Source of the DNA: an uncultured bacterium
GTDB taxonomy: Bacteria > Margulisbacteria > WOR-1 > CAVSGV01
NCBI GenBank assembly: GCA_963768305.1
Contig: CAVYHE010000013.1
Location: forward strand, 1 to 64,000
Reading direction: 5' to 3'
DNA: 64,000 nt
Part shown: positions 53,505 through 63,908 of the stretch, in pieces
Layout: every line of letters begins with the position of its first letter
Position numbering within the stretch: position 1 is the stretch's first letter
Program-made: the position numbers and the translations under genes
Notes under the pieces: generated by a model
Database searches by the model: none
Told to the model about the DNA's origin: nothing
The model's input: the letters and a program-made list of their open reading frames with translations, nothing else

Positions 53505-54754
53505 GAGTATTTCCTCGGATCGGTTATCTTTCCGTTCAGAACAGAAGCGGCCACGGTCGCGGGCGAGCCGAGATAGATAAATGCATTAGTGTTTCCCATT
53601 CTCCCTTTAAAATTTCGATTAGCCGTGGAAATCACATTTTCGCCATCAGAAGGAACGCCGTTGTGAGTTCCCACGCACGGACCGCATCCCGGCGTCACAA
53701 AAGTCCCGCCGGACTCCACCAATGATTGAAATATCCCCTTCTTGATAAGCTCCATCAAGATGTCTTTCGATGCGGGAGCCAGTATTAACCGCGAATCCTT
53801 GCTGATCTTTTTGCCTTTCAGGATCTTTGCCGCGGCCTCGAAATCATTTACCCTGCCGTTCGTACACGTCCCGATAAATCCCTGCTGAATGGCTGTGCCT
53901 TCAACTTCTTCGATGGGAGAAACATTGTCGACTTTATGCGGTTTCGCGACCTGCGGACCGATCTTCGAAGCGTCTATCTCCATTACATTCAAATATTTAG
54001 CGTCATTGTCGGCTTCAGTAGGTGTCGGGGTCTTCTTTGAATGCTGTTTGATCCATTCCATTGCTTTTTTATCAGGTCTCATTATCCCTGCCTTTGCGCC
54101 GAATTCTATTGCCATGTTCGATATCGTGAATCTTTCGTCTATCGACAACTCATCGATCGCGTCGCCTGTGAATTCCGCCGAAAGATAGGTCGCGCCGTCA
54201 GCGCTTATTTTTCCGATCAGATAAAGTATCAGGTCCTTTGAAAAACTTCCTTTCGGCAGCTTGTTCTTGAATGAATATTTAACTGATTGCGGGACCTTGA
54301 ACCAGAGCTTCCCGGACGCCATTACGGCGGCAAAATCGGTGGAGCCCACACCAGTGGAGAACGCGTTTATCGCCCCGTATGTGCAGGTATGCGAATCCGC
54401 GCCTATAACCAGGTCTCCGGCCGTCACGTGCCCCTGCTCCGGAAGAAGCTGATGGCAAACTCCGCAGCCAATATCATAAAGCTTAATGTTCTGCGCTTTT
54501 GTGAATTCCCTTATCTTCTTGTGTATGGCCGAGACGCCTTCATTGGGGGAGGGGGATGAATGATCGATTATTATCGCTATCTTGGACGGATCAAAGACTT
54601 TCGCGATGTTCATCTTCTTGAAAACATCTATAGCCACACCGGAAGTCCCGTCCTGCCCCATGCAGAAATCGATATCGGCTATGACTATGTCGCCCGCTTT
54701 CGCGTCTTGTCCCGAATGTCTGGAGAGGATCTTCTCTGCGATGGTTTTTCCCAT
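53501..54754 (-). CDS. leuC: 3-isopropylmalate dehydratase large subunit (LeuC/HacA type)
   Basis: MGKTIAEKI, GADSHTCTYG, GTCTNGR, PGCGPC, STANRNFKGRMG. Confidence 0.9.
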   Translation of the reverse strand: MGKTIAEKILSRHSGQDAKAGDIVIADIDFCMGQDGTSGVAIDVFKKMNIAKVFDPSKIAIIIDHSSPSPNEGVSAIHKKIREFTKAQNIKLYDIGCGVCHQLLPEQGHVTAGDLVIGADSHTCTYGAINAFSTGVGSTDFAAVMASGKLWFKVPQSVKYSFKNKLPKGSFSKDLILYLIGKISADGATYLSAEFTGDAIDELSIDERFTISNMAIEFGAKAGIMRPDKKAMEWIKQHSKKTPTPTEADNDAKYLNVMEIDASKIGPQVAKPHKVDNVSPIEEVEGTAIQQGFIGTCTNGRVNDFEAAAKILKGKKISKDSRLILAPASKDILMELIKKGIFQSLVESGGTFVTPGCGPCVGTHNGVPSDGENVISTANRNFKGRMGNTNAFIYLGSPATVAASVLNGKITDPRKYS

Positions 54755-54760
54755 TGGATA

Positions 54761-55681
54761 TTACTTGGCGCGGCTCTTTACCGCTTCTTCAACGATCTTC
54801 GCCTTGCTGAGGAGGTAGCCAGGGACATCCTTTGAAGCCCGGACTTCTTTAATAAGCTTAAGCGCGTTCACTTTTTTCGAAACATCCGCCTTGTCCAGCT
54901 TTGCCCTCAGGACAAGCTGACTGTCAGCTGTCTTGGAAAGTATTACCTGATTGCAAAGCGCGATGATCTTGTTAACGTTCTTTTTTGGATCCAGCCTTGT
55001 TAAAACCTCAGCTTCAACAACCCTTGCCTTTATCATGAAATAATCTCCGGGCCTCTCTGCAAGAAGCGTTTGTGCATCATGGCAGTATTCAGCGTATTTT
55101 TTCAATTCTTTGACCGGCGCCGAATACGTCTTCAATTCGGAAAGGCCGACCATAGCCCTCGCCCTGAAATAAGCGTTCGCCCCGCCTTTTTTGACGATGC
55201 CCTCATAAAGCTTTGACGCCGTCCTTAAATTAACGGGGCCATCGATCTTTGCCAGAAGCTCGGCTTCGACTATCGTGGCTTTCTGGAAAAAGAAATCATT
55301 GGGGCCGATCTCTTTTTTTATCAGCTGGGCGGATGACTTGGCCAGCGAGACCGCCTGATTAATGTCGCTTTCTTTCTCGCTGGTGATCATCAGCTCGGCT
55401 TTCCCGGAAAGCGCCCTCGCGCGCAGGTATGTGGACGCGACGCCTTTCAATATATCGTCATACAATCTTAAAGCTTCCTTGTAATCACCGGGTTCGTTCC
55501 TACCCACCAGCAGGTCGGCAAGCCCGAATTTTATCTCTCCAATGTCATATCTCCACGCGATGGTACGGAGCAGCAGCCTGTACCGGCCGATGACCTTGTT
55601 AAGCTTTACTTTTTCGGAAGGGGAAGGATAGGATGGCTCCCTGTCCACGATGAAACTCATTATCGGCGATAAGATCCCCAC
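54761..55681 (-). CDS. Helical-repeat (TPR-like) hypothetical protein
   Basis: About six repeats of Y-F/L-x-x-R/K-A-x-x-x-x-A-E-L; TTGACA-17-TACAAT promoter upstream. Confidence 0.65.
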   Translation of the reverse strand: MGILSPIMSFIVDREPSYPSPSEKVKLNKVIGRYRLLLRTIAWRYDIGEIKFGLADLLVGRNEPGDYKEALRLYDDILKGVASTYLRARALSGKAELMITSEKESDINQAVSLAKSSAQLIKKEIGPNDFFFQKATIVEAELLAKIDGPVNLRTASKLYEGIVKKGGANAYFRARAMVGLSELKTYSAPVKELKKYAEYCHDAQTLLAERPGDYFMIKARVVEAEVLTRLDPKKNVNKIIALCNQVILSKTADSQLVLRAKLDKADVSKKVNALKLIKEVRASKDVPGYLLSKAKIVEEAVKSRAK

Positions 55682-55755
55682 TTATAACTCCTTATTATCA
55701 ACTTGTCCCTTGAGGGCTTGATAATAATTGTAATCATTGTAGAATACATTGTCAA

Positions 55756-56481
55756 ATGCTCACTCCGCGAAGAGAAAAACAAATTCAGGAATTCGAGGCA
55801 AAGATCGGGATAGCATTCTTGAATCCGGCGCTTCTCAATCAATCATTGACGCATTCATCTTTTGCCCACGAATCAAGGAATAAATCCCCGGACAATGAAA
55901 GGCTGGAACTTTTGGGCGACGCTGTGATAAAACTTATCACGACTGAATATCTGTATAATAAATTCCCTGAACATCAGGAAGGCGACCTCACAAAGATAAG
56001 GGCGGTGGCGATATCCGATGACGTGCTTGCCGAGGCGGCGAAAAAATTGAAATTAGGCGAATACATACTGTTCGGAATGAATGAAAAGCGGACGGGCGGC
56101 ATGCACAGGAAATCGAACCTCGCTAACGCCATGGAAGCCCTTATAGGGGCCATTTACCTTGATGCAGGCCTTGGAAAAGCAAGGGACGTCCTTCTGGAAC
56201 TGCTTATTCCGGAAATGGACGAAATAAGCAAGGAAGGATACATCAAGGATTTTAAATCTGCTCTCCAGGAATTCGTCCAGAAGAAAAAATGGGGGCTGCC
56301 GTACTACAGGGTCATCAGGGAAGAAGGCCTAAGGCACAAAAAAATATTCTGGATGGAAGTGAACATAAAAGGGCAGAAATGCGGCGTCGGAAGAGGCGCG
56401 AACAAAAAGGAAGCGGAGCAGGCGGCCGCAAAGATCGCGCTTTCCAGGCTCACAAAGAAGAGAGCATTAAAACCAAAATGA
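55756..56481 (+). CDS. rnc: Ribonuclease III
   Basis: LTHSS, NERLELLGDA, EALIGAIYLD, dsRBD DFKSALQE. Confidence 0.96.
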   Translation: MLTPRREKQIQEFEAKIGIAFLNPALLNQSLTHSSFAHESRNKSPDNERLELLGDAVIKLITTEYLYNKFPEHQEGDLTKIRAVAISDDVLAEAAKKLKLGEYILFGMNEKRTGGMHRKSNLANAMEALIGAIYLDAGLGKARDVLLELLIPEMDEISKEGYIKDFKSALQEFVQKKKWGLPYYRVIREEGLRHKKIFWMEVNIKGQKCGVGRGANKKEAEQAAAKIALSRLTKKRALKPK

Positions 56482-57863
56482 CAGGATCAGTCCTTATAAC
56501 CAACGGCAGGGTGGTGGACCCCGGGCAGGGGATCGACCGCGAAATGGAAGTCCTCATCGTCGACGGGAAGATAGCCGCCGTCGCGACCCAAAAAGGAATA
56601 TCAAGGAACACCCCCCATAATTGCGAGATATTTGACGCGAAGGGCCTGATAGTTTCCCCGGGTCTTATAGACATGCACTGCCACCTTCGTGATCCCGGAA
56701 ATCCGGAGGAGGAGACCATTGCATCAGGTACAGCATCAGCCGCGGCAGGCGGGTTCACCGCTATCGCGTGCATGGCAAACACGGACCCTGTCGCTGATAC
56801 TCAGGCCGTCATAGAATACATCGTTTCCAAGTCCAAGTATGAGGGCGTTGTTAACGTTATGCCGATCGCCGCGGTGACCAAGGGCTTAAAAGGCGAACAA
56901 ATATCAGAAATGAGCCTTCTCATGGAATCAGGCGCGGTCGCATTTTCTGACGACGGCCATCCTATAATGAACGCAGATGTGATGCGAAGAGCGCTGGAGT
57001 ATTCAAAACAATTCAATACCGTCATCATATCCCACTGCGAAGATCTGAATCTTTCATCAGGCGGGGTGATGAACGAGGGATACATATCGACGATCATGGG
57101 GCTGAAAGGCATCCCGAGTGTTGCGGAAGAGTCCATGGTGGCGAGGGACTGCGCTCTTGCGGAGGAATTCGGCGCCCGCCTTCATATCGCTCACGTTTCA
57201 ACCTCCGGCTCGGTGGAGATAATAAGGCAGGCAAAGGCAAAGGGCGTAAAGGTAACATGCGAGACCGCGCCGCATTATTTCACTCTTACGGAAGGCGAAG
57301 TAGAGGGTTATAACACCAACGCAAAAATGAATCCGCCGCTTAGGACGGAAGATGATGTAAAAGCGATCGTAAAAGGATTGAAGGACGGGACCATTGACGT
57401 GATCGCGACCGACCACGCGCCGCACCTTACGGAAGAGAAGAAGATCGAATTCAAGGACGCAGCTTTCGGGATAGTCGGGTTCGAGACGGCTTTACCGCTT
57501 ATCATAACGGAACTTGTTGATACCGGTGTCCTGACGATAAGCAAAGCGATCGAAAAACTCACGATCAATCCGGCAAAAGTATTATCACAGAAAACAGGAA
57601 CTTTTAAGGTCGGATATCCCGGGAATGTGACGATAATCGATCCGGATAAAGCTGTGACAGTGGATGTTTCCTCGTTCAGGTCCAAAAGCAAGAACTCCCC
57701 GTATAACGGCTGGAAACTGAAGGGCGGCCCTGTCGCGACGATAGTTTCGGGCAGGATCGTCATGAAAGACTTGTCGGTAAGATGGGCGATAGCGGGACAA
57801 AAGAACATCATGCCGACGGTCGCTTCTCCGCTCCCGAAGTTCATCGATATCAACAAGAAATAA
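56478..57863 (+). CDS. pyrC: Dihydroorotase (type I)
   Basis: PGLIDMHCHLRDPG, MANT, KMNPPLR, ATDHAPH. Confidence 0.94.
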   Translation: MTGSVLITNGRVVDPGQGIDREMEVLIVDGKIAAVATQKGISRNTPHNCEIFDAKGLIVSPGLIDMHCHLRDPGNPEEETIASGTASAAAGGFTAIACMANTDPVADTQAVIEYIVSKSKYEGVVNVMPIAAVTKGLKGEQISEMSLLMESGAVAFSDDGHPIMNADVMRRALEYSKQFNTVIISHCEDLNLSSGGVMNEGYISTIMGLKGIPSVAEESMVARDCALAEEFGARLHIAHVSTSGSVEIIRQAKAKGVKVTCETAPHYFTLTEGEVEGYNTNAKMNPPLRTEDDVKAIVKGLKDGTIDVIATDHAPHLTEEKKIEFKDAAFGIVGFETALPLIITELVDTGVLTISKAIEKLTINPAKVLSQKTGTFKVGYPGNVTIIDPDKAVTVDVSSFRSKSKNSPYNGWKLKGGPVATIVSGRIVMKDLSVRWAIAGQKNIMPTVASPLPKFIDINKK

Positions 57864-57864
57864 A

Positions 57865-59811
57865 ATGGCAGAAGAAGCGCCGGAGATCGTTCCCGAGATC
57901 GAAGCAAAAAGGATACTGAACAAATATCTCAGCGAGATAGGCTGGCCGAATGAAATGAAGAAAATGGCCTCGGCTCAGGCCCTTTCCGCCGCGGATTGGG
58001 ATATAAAGTACAGGCAGATAGAAGAAATGGAGCTTGTGGCCGATGAAAATTTCGGTGCGGAAGTGGATAAATGGAGAGCTGGAGAGATCGAAGATATCCA
58101 GGGCCGTTCTTTCAAGGATAGTGGAGCTTCTGGAAAAGCGGTCAGATCTCACTTTTTTCGCGAAACGGATAGTAAGCAGGCTGAAGGAGGAACTCAAATA
58201 AATAATTTTCTTGATAAGATCGGGATAAAAAAAGAGAACGCGCTTCTGATCGTCCTGCTCGCAGTATCCTTTGTGATGTTCTTCTACAAGCTGGGAGCGC
58301 CTTCCCTTTTTGAGACAGATGAGGTCATATATTCTCAGGTTGCCAGGGAAATCGTAAGATCGGGCGACTGGATCACCCTGCATCTGTTCACAAAGAACTG
58401 GTTCATTCACCCGCCGTTCTATATGTGGCTTACCGCCGCAAGCTCGTATGTTTTCGGCGATAACGAATTCAACACGCGGCTCTGGAACGCCCTTTTTGCC
58501 GTTGGCCTTGTATTTGTTACCTGCCTGCTCGGCAAAAGGATGTTCAGGGACAGGGTCGGCATACTGGCCGGATTTATTCTCGCATCCACGCTTCAGTTTA
58601 TCCTTCAGGCAAGGATGGCGATATTCGACATCCCTCTTGTTTTCTTTGAAATGCTTGCGCTTCTTTTCTTTTTCAACTGGCAGGAAGAGAAAAAGAAAAG
58701 AGACTACTATCTGTTCTTTATTTTGATGGGGCTGGCGGTCCTGATGAAAGGGCCGATCGGCGTTCTTCTTCCATTGCTTGTGATCATCCCCTATTTGATA
58801 TTTACCGGCGGGCTGAGATCTCTCTTAAATATCCACTTCATTCCGGGATGCGTTGCGACGTATCTCATAGGCGGGACATGGTATACGGCAGAGGCCATAA
58901 TCCACGGCAAGAAATTCGTTGACAGCGTCTTTGGCTTTTATCTCATAGGCAGGTATCTCACAACCATAGAGCAGCACTACGGCCCCTGGTATTTTTATGT
59001 ACCGGTTATCATCATCGGCTTTCTCCCGTGGGTATCATTCCTTCCTTTTTCAATAGCATACCAATGGAAGAACAGAGGGAACAATTATAATTTGTTCTCA
59101 CTGATATGGATGGCTGTTGTATTCGTTTTTTTCTCGATCGCCGGCACAAAGTTGCCGGGATATATAATGCCGCTGTACCCCATTGCTGCGATCTCGGTGT
59201 CAAAAATGGTCCAGGACCTTCTTTCAGGCAAAGACAAAGGTCTGCAAAAGCTTGTTCTAAGGGCTTTCAAGACGCTCGCGGTATCCTCCGTGGTACTTCT
59301 TGTGATAAGCGTGTTGTTAAAGATGTTTGAATTTCCGGATAAATATGTTGTAGTCATGGGGGATGTCGCGGCAACTTTCATCATCATCGGGATAGGGGGG
59401 TTGCTGGCATCACTTTTATACTTAAAAAAACGCGATCCCATCAATCCATTTGCGATCCTGGTAATCACGATGTTCATCTTTTCCGTGTTCACTGCCGGTC
59501 ATACAATGATCGATCTGGACCAGTTCAAGCCGATGAAGGCGATATCGCAGAAGATCAACTCGATTTACATGAGCGATGATTCCATCGTCGGTTTCAAAGT
59601 GCTTAATAAGGGCAGTTTCATGCATTATCTGGACAAGCCGGTGATGTGGATAGGCAATGATTATGACCTGAGGCAAAGGCTTAAGCAGCCGGGGAAGATC
59701 CTGCTTATAACCAACGACAGGAATTCTTCCTCCGTCGGGCTGGACAACAAGAAGCCCCTCTTTGTCATATACCGGGCCGGCGGGATGGTTCTGCTCTCAA
59801 ACTGGAAATAA
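57865..59811 (+). CDS. ArnT/GT39-like membrane glycosyltransferase with soluble N-terminal extension
   Basis: ETDEVIY, HPPFYMW, LMKGPIG, HYGPWYFY, TKLPGYIMP. Confidence 0.85.
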   Translation: MAEEAPEIVPEIEAKRILNKYLSEIGWPNEMKKMASAQALSAADWDIKYRQIEEMELVADENFGAEVDKWRAGEIEDIQGRSFKDSGASGKAVRSHFFRETDSKQAEGGTQINNFLDKIGIKKENALLIVLLAVSFVMFFYKLGAPSLFETDEVIYSQVAREIVRSGDWITLHLFTKNWFIHPPFYMWLTAASSYVFGDNEFNTRLWNALFAVGLVFVTCLLGKRMFRDRVGILAGFILASTLQFILQARMAIFDIPLVFFEMLALLFFFNWQEEKKKRDYYLFFILMGLAVLMKGPIGVLLPLLVIIPYLIFTGGLRSLLNIHFIPGCVATYLIGGTWYTAEAIIHGKKFVDSVFGFYLIGRYLTTIEQHYGPWYFYVPVIIIGFLPWVSFLPFSIAYQWKNRGNNYNLFSLIWMAVVFVFFSIAGTKLPGYIMPLYPIAAISVSKMVQDLLSGKDKGLQKLVLRAFKTLAVSSVVLLVISVLLKMFEFPDKYVVVMGDVAATFIIIGIGGLLASLLYLKKRDPINPFAILVITMFIFSVFTAGHTMIDLDQFKPMKAISQKINSIYMSDDSIVGFKVLNKGSFMHYLDKPVMWIGNDYDLRQRLKQPGKILLITNDRNSSSVGLDNKKPLFVIYRAGGMVLLSNWK

Positions 59812-59889
59812 TCACCTCTTGTAGTCTAAATCCACAGCAAGTGTCGATAGCTACTACACATATTCCTCTATAAATACGCTTAAAAGTCA

Positions 59890-59905
59890 TGGCTAGAAAA
59901 TTGCT
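59890..59905 (+). promoter_or_regulatory. Sigma54 promoter of the secretin gene
   Basis: TGGCTAGAAAATTGCT (GG-N10-GC). Confidence 0.7.
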
Positions 59906-59918
59906 GCCATACAGGAAT

Positions 59919-60970
59919 ATGGTAAAGTCTTCAGGAAATTCAAAATATTTAGTCGCAGGCTTCCTGATGATCATAATGATGCTATTCATATCATCCTGTG
60001 CTTCACCCCACAAAAATCAGATAATTCGCTAACGATCACCACTCCGACGGAAGAAGCCGGAGATATTCAGGTCCCGACAAGGGAGATCGTCAGCTCCTAC
60101 GAGAACCTAAAGGGAAATTCCAAAGAACCGAAACCGGAATGCCGGGTCGTATCCGTTAAAAATGTTTCTGCGGACAAGGTGGTGGAGACAATATCAAGGG
60201 CGATCCCCAATATCATCGCGGTGAAAAATGAAGATTCAAATTCGATCGTACTGCGCGGTATTCCGGATGACCTTGCCGAAGCGCAAAAAATAATCAGCTC
60301 GCTTGATAAAAAGATCCCTCAAATCCTTATCGAAGGGAAGGTCATCGAAATATCACAGAGCGGAATGGCCGACATAGGCGTTGCCTGGAGCATGGGCGAC
60401 GGAAATTTCAAATATACTGTCAGCAAAGATACGGGAAAGATGGATCAGCTGACCGATATTATGGCTTCGGTGACCGCCTTGATCGGTTCCGGCAAGGCGA
60501 AAATACTTGCAGATCCGAAAATAATGGCGCTTGACGGAAAAGAAGCTGAGATCAACATCGGCAGCCGCATCCCTTACGCGGTTCCAGCCAGCTCCAATTC
60601 AACAACTACCCAGTGGACCGTTGAGTATATTGATGCCGGTGTGAATTTGAAGATACTTTCAAATGTTGAGAACGACGGCTCGATAGTTTCAACGATACGG
60701 CCTGAAGTGAGCAATATTTCAGAGTGGCGCACAACGTCAGCGGGGGACTTCCCTGTCATTTCAACGCGCAATGCATCCGTCACTGTGAGACTTAAGGACG
60801 GCGAAACGCTGATCATCGGAGGACTATTGAATGAATCTGACAGCGAGAACGTTTCGGGGGTGCCGGTCGTTTCAGAAATACCTGTGGTGGGAGGATTATT
60901 TCAGAGAAAGACAACAGAAAAAACGAAGAGTGATATTATTTTTCTGATAACGCCGCATTTAATGAAATAA
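59919..60970 (+). CDS. Secretin (GspD/PilQ family), lipoprotein-type N-terminus, frameshifted near 60020
   Basis: LFISSC lipobox; QILIEGKVIE, ILADPKI, DGETLIIGGL, VPVVSEIPVVGGLF, FLITP. Confidence 0.88.
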
Positions 60971-61016
60971 GGAAAGAGGAGTTAGGGGAGCAATAGGCTT
61001 TGGATCTTTGGATAAG

Positions 61017-61964
61017 CTACTTCAGCATTCCCTTGATGATAATATCCACGGCTTCTTCTGGTCTTAGCCCTTTTGCCATGAGGGTTTCAAGCTGGGCCTT
61101 GTCAACGCTTCCGATCGCGGCCTCGTGAGTGACCTTTGCCGATTCCACAAAAACGTCAACTATCGGGACCGCCCTCGCCTGGGCCTTATCCTGAACTATC
61201 TCGATGCAGTCCACGTGGCCGCGGGAATTGGGGCCGTACGCCTGCATCTCCGAATAAACTTCGCTTTTCGCGTTCCCTTTCACGGCAACTCGGCTTTTTA
61301 TTATTCCGCGCGCGTTCTCCCCCCGAAGGATGCTTTTTTCTTTTATCTTTATATTATCGGTCCCGTAACCGTAAGCTTTGGCCGTCATTTCCACGACAGA
61401 ATCCTTCCCTGCATCCACCTCATAATCTATCTCAAGCTTTCCGACCCTGCCTTTTGTCAGCTGGAAGTTCGTGTAAAGCCGCGCGCCTTCTTCAAGGAAT
61501 ATCTTTGCGACCGGCACGACTTCCACGCCGCCGTCCTCCCCGTGGAAATGGACCTCGTTATATCCGTAGCTGCCGTTCTTTTTGACCCTTATCTTCGCCT
61601 GCATCTTATGGACGACTTTGACTGCATTGGGGAAAATGCAGTGCGCCAGGAGTACGACCTTGCTGTTCTCTCCGACCTCGGCGTCGATATTTATCAGCTG
61701 GATTCCTTCTTTCGGGAGGACGCCGAAACAAAGATGGACGGGAAAATCGATAACGGTATTCGGCAATACGCGGAACTTAATGTCTATCCCATCCTTTGTT
61801 TCTTTTGGCTCGACAATAAGCCCAGGCACTAGATTTGTCCCAAGGACCTTACCTTTGTGGACCATAAGGTGCGCGACTTTCGGGTCCGAAAATATTGCGG
61901 GATTTCCTTCCGCCTTTTCATAAGCTTCCAGCATCATCTGGTATTCTTTCGTAAAATCGGTCAT
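61017..61964 (-). CDS. SufB/SufD-family Fe-S scaffold (SmsB-like)
   Basis: PVHLCFG, AHCIFP, RGHVDCIEIV, VTHEAAIGSV. Confidence 0.88.
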   Translation of the reverse strand: MTDFTKEYQMMLEAYEKAEGNPAIFSDPKVAHLMVHKGKVLGTNLVPGLIVEPKETKDGIDIKFRVLPNTVIDFPVHLCFGVLPKEGIQLINIDAEVGENSKVVLLAHCIFPNAVKVVHKMQAKIRVKKNGSYGYNEVHFHGEDGGVEVVPVAKIFLEEGARLYTNFQLTKGRVGKLEIDYEVDAGKDSVVEMTAKAYGYGTDNIKIKEKSILRGENARGIIKSRVAVKGNAKSEVYSEMQAYGPNSRGHVDCIEIVQDKAQARAVPIVDVFVESAKVTHEAAIGSVDKAQLETLMAKGLRPEEAVDIIIKGMLK

Positions 61965-62689
61965 ACGCCGTCCCCTTTGGCCGGATATGTTTTTGTCGGA
62001 CAGGGCTTGCAGTTCTCCTTGTAATATTCAATGATCTCTTTCGGCTCGCCGACCTTGAACGCAAGACCGCTACACATCAATGCGGAGCGGTCGGCCACCT
62101 TTACGACTTCTTCGTCGTGAGTGATGAGTATAACGGAGCCGCCGTAGCCCTTTATTTCGCGGATAAGGTTCATGACAGCTTCCTGCGACAGCATGTCTAT
62201 GCCTGAATCCGGTTCGTCCAGTATCGCAAGCTTCGGCTTCATTGCCAGAAGGGAAGCAAGTTCTATTTTCTTTCTTTCCCCGCCGCTCAAAGTCTTATCT
62301 ACCTGCCTGACCCTATATTCGCTGGGAGTAAGCCGCATTTGCTCCAGATATTGTTCCGCGAGGGTATGCCCTTTTTGCGCGCTTCCGATGAGGATGAAAT
62401 CGAGGATGGAAAGCCCTTCGAATCTCGCGGGTTCCTGCCAGGCAAGTGTTATGCCAAGCCGCGCTCTTTCGTCCATGCTTTTGCCGGTGATGTCGACGCC
62501 GTTGAATGTTATTTTTCCGCTGTCCGGCTTGTATCCGGAGCTACCCATAAGGATATATGCCAGCGAGCTTTTTCCGGCACCGTTCGTCCCCAGGATGCCG
62601 AAGATCTCGCCATCGGCTATCTCAAAGCTGACGTCATTTATGATCTGCTTATCCCCGCGCTTCAGGTTAAGATGTTCAATTTTAAGCAC
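61961..62689 (-). CDS. SufC-like ABC ATPase with C-terminal Cys motif (SmsC-like)
   Basis: GTNGAGKS, LSGGERK, LDEPDSGID; LMC..CKPC tail. Confidence 0.88.
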   Translation of the reverse strand: MLKIEHLNLKRGDKQIINDVSFEIADGEIFGILGTNGAGKSSLAYILMGSSGYKPDSGKITFNGVDITGKSMDERARLGITLAWQEPARFEGLSILDFILIGSAQKGHTLAEQYLEQMRLTPSEYRVRQVDKTLSGGERKKIELASLLAMKPKLAILDEPDSGIDMLSQEAVMNLIREIKGYGGSVILITHDEEVVKVADRSALMCSGLAFKVGEPKEIIEYYKENCKPCPTKTYPAKGDGV

Positions 62690-62929
62690 TTACATTTCTT
62701 CCTTTATCCATTTTATGATTTGTTCCGTCCTTGGCAGAGGCTTTCCCGAGTGCTTTACTTTCTCATTTATCACGAGACCGGGTGTCATCATTACATATTT
62801 GCTTATATCTTTCCAGTCAGCAACCTTGACTATTGTTACTTTTGACTTCAATTCGGATACGGCTTTCTTGACCTTTTTTTCAAGCTCCTGGCAGTTCGAG
62901 CAGCCAGGGCCCAAAACTTTGATTTCCAT
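62690..62929 (-). CDS. Small thioredoxin-like protein (MTH895/arsenic-locus type)
   Basis: IKVLGPGCSNC, MTPGLVIN. Confidence 0.88.
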   Translation of the reverse strand: MEIKVLGPGCSNCQELEKKVKKAVSELKSKVTIVKVADWKDISKYVMMTPGLVINEKVKHSGKPLPRTEQIIKWIKEEM

Positions 62930-62940
62930 AACAGTCTCCT

Positions 62941-63891
62941 TTAAAAGACGATATTGAACAAATATCCTATCAAAATTATTCCGACGGCGACAGTCCCAAA
63001 AAATGTCAAAAGAAGCCGCGGCTTCAGGACCTTTCGGAGTATGATGAATTCAGGCAGGGAAAGCGCCGTTACTGACATCATGAACGCAAGAGTCGTTCCC
63101 AGCGCAAGCCCTTTTTCCATTAGAGCCTGGATTATCGGAATTGTCCCCGCGGCATTCGAATAAAGGGGCACACCGATAATGACGGCAATTATCACCGCGA
63201 ATGGATTCCCGTTGCCCGCATATCTTGTGACAAATTCGATAGGCACATATCCGTGAATAAATGCGCCAAGGCCGACGCCGATGATCACATAAAACCAAAC
63301 CTGGGAAAAAATATCTTTTGTATATTCAGCGGCATAAGCTAACCTGTCTTTCCACGATCGTGCTGCTCCGGTCTCTCCGTGCGCGCGTCCTCCTTGGGTC
63401 ACAAAATCCTCGACAAAGCGCTCCATTTTCAGATGCCCAATCATGAAACCCGCAAGTATCGCTATAACTAGGCCGCTTAAGATATATGTAATAGCTATTC
63501 GCCAGCCGAAAAGCCCCCATAAAAGAACTATTGCTACTTCATTGATCGTAGGGGAGGCGACAAGGAATGACATTGTGACGCCAAGGGGAACACCGGATTG
63601 GAGCATTCCCATGAACAGCGGGATGGCGGAACAGGTGCAGAACGGCGTAAATATCCCGAGACAAGCCGCAAGAATATTACCGGAGAACTCATTCTTCCTG
63701 CTCAATATTGATCTTATCTTTTCAGGGGGAAGAAAAGTCCTTATGACAGCGACGACAAAGATGATCACCGCAAGGAGAAAATAGATCTTCGGGATATCGT
63801 AAAGGAAAAAGTTGACGCTCGAGGCAATATTCGTCCCTTTGGTTAATTTGAAAATATCATAGGTTATTATATTGGCGATATATTGGAACAT
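62941..63891 (-). CDS. ArsP/DUF318 permease
   Basis: FFLYDIPKI, TPFCTCSAIP, GVPLYSNAAG, ALSLPE. Confidence 0.88.
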   Translation of the reverse strand: MFQYIANIITYDIFKLTKGTNIASSVNFFLYDIPKIYFLLAVIIFVVAVIRTFLPPEKIRSILSRKNEFSGNILAACLGIFTPFCTCSAIPLFMGMLQSGVPLGVTMSFLVASPTINEVAIVLLWGLFGWRIAITYILSGLVIAILAGFMIGHLKMERFVEDFVTQGGRAHGETGAARSWKDRLAYAAEYTKDIFSQVWFYVIIGVGLGAFIHGYVPIEFVTRYAGNGNPFAVIIAVIIGVPLYSNAAGTIPIIQALMEKGLALGTTLAFMMSVTALSLPEFIILRKVLKPRLLLTFFGTVAVGIILIGYLFNIVF

Positions 63892-63908
63892 TTATTTGGT
63901 CCCCTTGA

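Noticed and set aside
52042..53569. Prophage/ICE or IS target-site duplication
   Set aside because: No integrase, transposase or terminal inverted repeats; the insert holds one gene, and the 69-nt repeat carries synonymous changes.
59821..59850. Sigma28-like motif before the secretin (TAAA..CGATAG)
   Set aside because: Spacing is 3 nt too short; the sequence is better explained by the TGTCG-N7-CTACA box and a sigma54 promoter.
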